Shown here piece after piece: positions 41,901 to 50,900 of a DNA stretch of 64,000 nt (position 1 is the first letter of the stretch; each line of letters starts with the position of its first letter). A model generated the notes under the pieces. That model was not told the DNA's origin. It ran no database searches and saw only the letters and a list, made by a program, of their open reading frames with translations. Origin of the DNA: Gracilinanus agilis (Eukaryota); the NCBI RefSeq assembly GCF_016433145.1, contig NC_058133.1, forward strand, positions 348,421,388 through 348,485,387, given 5' to 3'. A program made the position numbers and the translations under genes.

Positions 41901-44900
41901 CTGAGAGTCCACAGTTTATGTGAGCTGCCAGCCTTACCCCAGACAGGGGAAGCAAGAAGCTCTCCCATTGGGCTGAGGGACAGAAGGGCAGGGCATGTGA
42001 GGAATGTTCTCAGGCATGTGTGGAGAGGGGGAGGAGAGCAGCCAGAGGTTCACCAACATGGCTCCATACTCTAATAATCAAAATAATAATAGCACTTACA
42101 TAACACTGTCAGGTTCACAAAGAACTTTACAAATATTATCTCATTTGATCCCCACAACAAGGTTGGGAAGGAGATGCTGTTGCTGTCTTTACTTTGCAGA
42201 TAAGGATACTAAAGCAGGAAAATTCAGTATTCAGCCCAGGGTTAAGTGTCTGAGACAAGCAGTAATGAGATCTTGCATAAATCCTGCATTTCAAAGCCTT
42301 CCTAACTCCAGGTTCAAAGCTCTATCCCATGGCATTCCTTTGTTGCCTTAATTAACTAAGGACTAAGCAGTGGGGAATTATTAGTACTTTGAATTGATTT
42401 AAGTCTTCTATTCTTGAAAACTGTGGAATTTAGGAACAGATTTTAAAACAAAATCTGTATTACATGGTGAATGAGCCTAGTGTAATGGAAAGAAAGCTAG
42501 TGGGAAGATCTGAATTCAAGTCTAGTCTCTGACACACAAAGGCTGTGTTTCCTGGCAAGTTGTTAAACTTTTCCAGTGCCCCAGACAGTTTTAAAATGAT
42601 GAATTACAGATCAGGTACATAATTTTCAGTGGCTGAGAGTTTGCTCACTTACATTTCCTTAAACTGATGAAATCAAAGATCTTGGGGTTGGGGTTTGGGG
42701 GGTGGAGGGAGAGAGACAAAGACGGAAAGAAAAAGAGGCAAACAGAAAGAACAAAAACAGTGAGAAAGAGAAAGAGAGTATATACAGAGAGATAAAGAAA
42801 AGAGATGTTAAGACAGAGGAGAGAGTAAAAGAGAAGGGGAACTGAAGAAGAGGAGAGAGAAAGAGACAGACACACACAAGGACTACAGAAAATGGAGACT
42901 GGTAGTAATATGTGATAAATTGGCCTATTAACTGTAAACTGAGTTAAAATAAGGGAAGATATTCAGTATCTTGGGTTCATGAAGTAAAACACTTAGAAAT
43001 CTATATTACTAAAGCAACAAATAAGAGTAAAATTGCTTAAACTGAATTATCTAGCATGAACTTCATAACTAACAGAAACTTCATGTTTAGTAGAATAAAA
43101 TACATACACTGATATAATGAGATAGCTATATATCATTACCTAAGAGAGTTCTAAATTATAGTAAAAAGATCCTATGTATTTTGGGAGGAAGGACAAGAAA
43201 GTAAAATAAAGAAAATTATATCCCTTAAAAATAGTAAAATACGTAGAAATGACTTACCACTTCGCTCTTCATTTCCTATCTACCTTATGATTTAAGTATT
43301 TGCTTTCTGGATTTCTTTCCATGAAGCTTCTCAGAATATATTCATTGGGGTAAATACATTTGTAAACATAATATTTCCTTACTTTAAAATATTCATATGT
43401 AGTTTTATAGGATATAACATATTTCACAAAAAAATATAGTTACATACTTACTAAGGTGTAAGGTACTATGTGACACATTGGAGAAACAAAGAAGGGGAAA
43501 AACAGTCTCACCTTCAAGAAGTTACATTTGACGATGCAAAATAGCATATAAATAAGCAGCAAGATACAGGTATACTCCCTCACCACCCCCAACACACACA
43601 AATTAGATGAAGGTGATCTTAGAATAGAAGGCACTAATAGCCGGTATTTGGGGAGACTGGAAAAATTTCCTGCAGGATTTGAATTCAAGCTGAGCCTTGA
43701 AAGAAACCTGTGGAAAAAAGAGTTGGAGATGGGAAGGCAGAGCATTTCGGGACTGGAGGCCAAGCAGTGCAAAGTCAGAGATGAGTAGATGGAGTTTCTT
43801 GTGAGGAACAATAGTGCTCCAGTGTAACTAGAATGTATAATACATAAAATGTATGGAAATATTTTTAAAAGACTGGAACCAGTAAGGACCAGTTTAGGAA
43901 GGGATTTTAAGCCATATAGAGAACATTATATTTGATTCTAGAGGTAACATGGAACCAATGTATATTACTGAGTATGTTGCGGGGGAGGGGCATGGAGAAG
44001 GGGAACGGATGGAAAGGGGGGGTGGCCAAAGTGGAGAGGTGAAGGAGTAGAAAAAATGGCTAATAGGAAAACAGCCATAGTAGCCAATGCAACAGTAGAC
44101 CCATGTTGGCTAGCCTATGGCAAGTGATGATGTATGATTATACAGCAGGAGATAGACCAAAGCTGGATAAGCAGATTTGGGAGGCCTCTGCATAGAGGCA
44201 ATAACTGAAATCTTTGGAGCTGATGATATTGTCAAGTATAATAATGTAATTAGGGGAAAAGGGAAGTATTAGATTGTTAGCTCCTTGAGGGCAGGGGCTA
44301 TTTTTGTACCTTTCTTAGTATTCCTAGCATTTATTGTAGAGTTTGGCATAAGGTAGACATTTAAATGTATATTGGCTGACTGATTCAGGACAATCTTGGG
44401 GACACTTACAGTTAGCAAACAAGACTTGAAGAACTAACAAAAGAGAAATTGTACAGAAAAAAGAACCAGTGGGGGAATAGTGTTATGAAATCCTAAAGTA
44501 GAATGAATATCCAGAAGGAAAAGGCAATTAACAGTGTCAACTGTTACAGAGAAGTCAGGAAGGATCAACATTGAAAAAGAGCCATATCTAGAAATTATGA
44601 GATCACTGCTAACATAAGTAAAGGAGGCAACAAATTAAACTTGAAAGATCATTGAACCTGGAATTAGAAAAAATAGATTTGAGCTCTGCCTCTTTCTCTG
44701 TGACTTTGGTCAAGTTCCTATCTCCCTACACCTCAATTTACATGTAACTTGAGGAAAGTCAAATTAATCTTTAAGATGTTCTACCTACTACCTAATGTCT
44801 ATAAAATGAGAGATCCATTTGAAATTTACTATAGGTTTCAAACAATGAATGGTGATACCAATATTATCAAGAATAATTAAAAATTACAGAAGTCTATTGG

Positions 44901-47900
44901 ATCTAATTTGCAGTCTTTTAAACTGGTTGTTTTTCTCTCATCTGCATCTCAATTTTATTATGTACAAATTTACCTCATGAGAATGCTGCAAAGTACAATG
45001 AATAGAAAAATGACTGAAGAATTTGTTTGCAATGTAAAAATAAACATAGTGAAAAAATGTAGCTAAATGCAATTTTTTTTAAAGTGCCATTAAAGAAAAT
45101 TAGATGAATTGTATTCAAAGCATTCCCAGTGTCTGATAAGTTGAGTCTCCATCATCAATAGCTGGAAAATGACCATAAAATAGTTCTTTAGTAGAAAGAA
45201 ATTGGATTTTAATCTATAGAGTATTTTAAAATATGGCTTTAAAGAAAAAATAAACTTTCTTTTTTTCTTTGTAAACCATGTAGACAACACAACTCAAAAA
45301 TGAAGCACAAAAAGTTGATTCACATTCTATTACACATATACAAACATGACTTGATCTCAAGCCTAAAATTCTTAGTAAATAAAAGCTCATTATTTGCTAT
45401 ATATTAATTATGTTCTGGGTGTTAGGAAAGGATTTGAAAGGAGGAATATATTATATATAGCATAACTCTATTATTTTTAGTTTTGATAGGTTTTCTCTTC
45501 TAATTCCAGAAACTAAACAGTAGAATTTTAAGTGGAGAAAATAAAAGCAAGATAGTCATTTACTAATTACTATTACACTTATTTATTGGTATAATGGTGT
45601 AAAAGTTTTGAGAAAGTGAAAGACAACATGCAATAAAATTAATTTTCCTTTTAATTTTTGATTTAAGATGAGAAATCTTTCTTTTACCTACGTACATAGC
45701 TGTTAGATGAAGTAGCAATAGTAAATATTTAGCCCCATATCAAGAACAGATTATAGAACCAGAAAGTAGATCTGATTTTTTTAAAAAGCATTTTATACCT
45801 GATAGGCTTTGTGACTGATGCCATACACTAATGGGTTTGCTCTCATCCGTACATAAAGATAAGTGTAACTTATCCACTTCACTGCTTCTTCCACATTAGT
45901 AACTGTTCCCAGAGCAATCTGAAAATTCAAAGAAGACAAAAATTAAATATATATGAAAACATAAATTTAAGATTATTTACTCATAAGAAAAGGGTTTTAA
46001 TCTATACTTTTGAGAGAAAGCAAAAAAGTTAAGGGCATTTCACTTAATATTTAAAAGAAAGTTCGACTCGGTTAAAAAAGGCAATATTGAGTATGTTTGT
46101 TTCTAATTGAAAAGATAGTGACTATGGAGTCTGAGGACTTGGGTTAAAATACCAACTCAACTCTGCTGCTTCTTAACTATACTGTCCATGGGCAAGTCAC
46201 TTAATCTATAGCACAATAGTTTTCTCATCTATTAAATGAGGGTGTAGGGCTAGATGATCTATTATCTGACTTTCAATTCTAAATCTTTGACCCTTTATTT
46301 GGTTAATACTATTTTTCAAGTTGAGTTTCATTTCTAAAGAATATAAGGATGATTTTAGCACTTAGTCATTGTTAAAATACTTTTTACTTGAAAATGAATT
46401 TTAAAAATTAAAAAGTTTGAAACTTGTAAATTAACTTCTCTAAAATAAACTAAGTTTAGACTTCTTTACTATATCCATATATTATAAACATGTATATATA
46501 CATATACACATCAGATTATATCACTATTTCCTTTTTGAGATTCACATATACATCATCTTTTACAATATTATGTAAAAACTCTAAAACAAATCCAAAACAC
46601 ATTGAAACTGTCAACATTTCTCTAGATGGTATTTTATAAGTATGGTCACATAAAATAGTTTTTATTTAAATACTTCTCTTCACTAAATGTATTGTGTATA
46701 TTTATCAGAAAAAATAGGCCTTTTAAAAATGAAAAATGTTAAATTTCATGTTTTTTAATTGTCATTCTGAAGCAGAATTTAGTTTTTAGTTTCAATTTAT
46801 TATAATAGTTTTAAGCCATTCATTTATACTTTATATATTTTTGTAAATTCATGAAAACCTTTTTGGGCCTGGATTTGTGATTTCATAGGTGTCGATATAT
46901 TCTTTACTGATTCATATAATTAATTGTTTCACAAGTTACTCTTAGAGATTTGCTTGGGTTGGACTTGAACCCAAATCTTTTTGATTCCAAAGCCATCTCT
47001 AAATCCTCTATAAAAAAATAAATAAAATAAAATAAATCCTCTATGCATACTGCTGCTTCATAAAATTTCATGAGATAACATTAAAAAAGTAACTTACATA
47101 ATCTTAAGCTTATGAATTCAGACAACCCCAAAATAAGTAGAAATGCATTTTAAACAATATAAAATTATTAGAAAACAGAAAAACTATAGTAATAAAATAA
47201 TTATAATACCAACAATAGCACACAAAGACAACAGACATACAAGTAGTCAGTTTTCTTTTACCTGGAGTTTTCCATTTCATTGTTTAAAAAAAATGCAACA
47301 ACATACAATGTATATAATGTTTTTATTCAATATTTATCCTCACAACCTAAAAAAGAGTTTATGTCTAAAATGGGCAATTACAATTTAAAAAAAAATCACA
47401 GGTGGAAAAAGCTCACTTTCCAGTGTCTCATAGCTTTTTACAACTCCTTAGAATCACAAAAAGATCTTACAAAGTAAATCACTGCCATATGAATAAAGGA
47501 GTTACATAATAAAAAAATGTATTAAAATACTTTCACTACTATTGATCAGTAAAAGGGAGAAAGAAAAAGCAGGAAAAATAAGGGAANNNNNNNNNNNNNN
47601 NNNNNNNNNNNNNNNNNNNNNNNNNNNNNNNNNNNNNNNNNNNNNNNNNNNNNNNNNNNNNNNNNNNNNNNNNNNNNNNNNNNNNNNNNNNNNNNNNNNN
47701 NNNNNNNNNNNNNNNNNNNNNNNNNNNNNNNNNNNNNNNNNNNNNNNNNNNNNNNNNNNNNNNNNNNNNNNNNNNNNNNNNNNNNNNNNNNNNNNNNNNN
47801 NNNNNNNNNNNNNNNNNNNNNNNNNNNNNNNNNNNNNNNNNNNNNNNNNNNNNNNNNNNNNNNNNNNNNNNNNNNNNNNNNNNNNNNNNNNNNNNNNNNN

Positions 47901-50900
47901 NNNNNNNNNNNNNNNNNNNNNNNNNNNNNNNNNNNNNNNNNNNNNNNNNNNNNNNNNNNNNNNNNNNNNNNNNNNNNNNNNNNNNNNNNNNNNNNNNNNN
48001 NNNNNNNNNNNNNNNNNNNNNNNNNNNNNNNNNNNNNNNNNNNNNNNNNNNNNNNNNNNNNNNNNNNNNNNNNNNTATATATATATATATATATATATAA
48101 TATAAACAAATGTATATACATATGCACACACTTTAATCTACTGCAAATAATGTGATTTCAAAACCACAAACAGGAATTCTTATTTGTATCAAATTTGACA
48201 AAACAGAAGGACAATTTATAATTTTATTATTTTACGGATTTTCTTACAGTATGGGGTACTAAATCCTAAAAAGGATTACAACAAGAGAAACTATACAATT
48301 TCCTTCCCCAGAGATCTTAAATAGGACATCCATTTGTCTGGACAGCCTTAAAGGAATTCAGTTTGAAGGCAAGGTAAAAGACCAACTCTTTCTTAAGTTC
48401 TTCTCCAAATTTTTAATTGAAAGCTGTAAAGATGCTTCTACATCACAGAATATATTAAGGCATTTAAAAATAATAAACCATTCTGAAAGCAGATAATTTT
48501 ATAAAAGACCAAAAAAATTGCCCTGATCTTATTATCAAATAAAATAAACCTTAGGAATTTTTATAAACACAGGCCTGAGCAATAGTGATAAAAGAACAAA
48601 GGAGGATGGACCACAAAAGTTGCAGAGCTATGAGAAAGACGACTTCCGGATATTTACAATAAAAGAAATGTATCTACTCAAGAATAAAATTATTGCAATG
48701 GAATTTTTAGATACTGATCCTTGCCTGCCACCTAGTGACAAAAATAAAAAACTACTTTTTAGTTGAAGGGAACAATTATTTAAGAACTATCTGATGAAAT
48801 CTAAATTATTTCATACTTTCTATAATGAAACTTGGGGAAAGTGATTATTTTTATCTTATTACACAAAGGAAGATTATCAATTGATCTTATGCAAAATCAA
48901 ATATGGTACACCATAGCTCAGATTAATTTTAAAATACATTGAAAGAAAATTTGGTTTAAATTTTTTTTAACCATCATAATTTATCTAGTATTCTTTTATC
49001 TACTATAAAAATTATCCCCTGGGCTAACTTTATTTCTAAGCTTCATAAATACAATAACAGGAGAAGTCAGAAGGTACCAAAAATGATTAGCCTTGTAAAA
49101 GATAATTTCTAAAAGTGTTTTTTCCCCTCTTAAGGGTTTGACTCTTGAAAAAATAACATGGCTCCTGTTGATTTTTTCTTAAAAATTAGGCAGGAGTAAT
49201 ACTGCCTTCAATTATGTCTTATTGTTAACACACTTCTAAAAGCCTGGAAGAAGTTTATCTGTCTTTTCCTCTAAAACACAGTCTCAGATAGTCCCATCAA
49301 AGGAAGGAAAAAATTTAGTGAAAGGCTAACCATCGATTCCACTTAATGCTATCTATCCTCCAGCCTCCCAGCTGAGAGAGCTGAGACTAAATTTGCCTTC
49401 TCTAGATCAGTTCTATTAAATATATGCAAAATTTCTCCAACAGCCTTTTCCCTCATTTTCAGGAATGTGAAGTCACAACACCTAACAGTGACATTAACAT
49501 TAGAAATCTAAGGAAATCTACTGTCTAAGATTTATATAACAATTTTTTGTTAAAAATCTTATTTCCAGTGCTCTAATTTTTTGTTGCTTAGCTTCTGGTT
49601 TTATGATTATTTCCTGAAAACACAATCAGAATCAAAAATAAAAACTATAAAAGTTATGACACATCTTTGTATGCAGAGAGGACACCAAATGTTAAACAAT
49701 GATGATTTTCCCCTAAAGACTTTGTGTTGACTAAACAACTATATGTGATAGCAGTGTAGTTGAATTAAAAAATGAATAGTTGGAAAATCTTGAACCCTTG
49801 CCCAAAATTCCTCTCTGTATTACCCACAATTCTTTTTTCTTTCTGTTTACGTGCATCTTTTGTGTGATTGTATATAAGTTTTGGGTAATGCCCCTCTATC
49901 TCTTTCTTCCACATGAAGTGAGTGGGGAACATTCCCTGTGTTCTCTAGTTAAATATTAATAAATTTTTATAAATATCATACTTTGGAGATATTGAATATT
50001 AATTTTAAAATCCACATTAAGAAATGCCCTATATTAAACTTGTCTAAGATACCTTTGTTTTCAAAGAAACATTCAACTTTTTGAAATTATATTACACTTT
50101 TTCCTCTTTGATTTGAGAAAAGTATTCATTGAATCTGTATTGAACTATTCCTGGAAAATATATAAATTACAGTAAAGGATGAAGATAATATTTACATATA
50201 GTATTACAGGTGACTTTTCATAATTATTTTTATTTCCAGGCACAGAGTTTTGTGGTTTTGTGCACTAAACAGCCAAATTCTGTTATTTTAAGTATACTCA
50301 AATTTGCATCTTAGAAAAATCTGAAAAATATAAAATCATGTAATGTCAACAATTTTTCCTTGTTCTATGAGAATATGGCAGGAAAAAATGAAAAAAAGGA
50401 CATATATACATATATATGTAACATAAAGTATGTGTAGACATATGTATACATATGTATATAAATACACACACAAATACTTTAATCTATTGTAAATAATGTG
50501 ATTTCAAAACCACAAACAGGAATTTCAAATTCAAAAACAAATTCAAAGAATCCTGCATCAAAGTCTCAATTGTTTATTTATTCCAGTAAATCCATTTCAG
50601 GTTGAATTTTAACATCTTTGACGTCTCTCTCAATTCTAATTCTAGCCATCAAGCTTTGGTAAATATGTTATAGGATACTACAACCTTGCAGCTCCCCATT
50701 ATATTTTGAGCCATTGGAAATTTGATAATCACATACAATATCATATAAATAGCAGCATAGGCCTGTTTCCTTCTACTTCGAAAAAAATTAAGGATGACAT
50801 TAACATCTGGATAGGCTATTTTTCACATAGATTTAATGGTCAACTGAATTGGGAGTTGTTTCTCTCTTCTTGTTCTGGTAGACTTTTGGAGAAGTTTAAT

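Noticed and set aside
47502-48131. Long ORFs around 47.5-48.1 kb
   Set aside because: Artefacts of the N gap.
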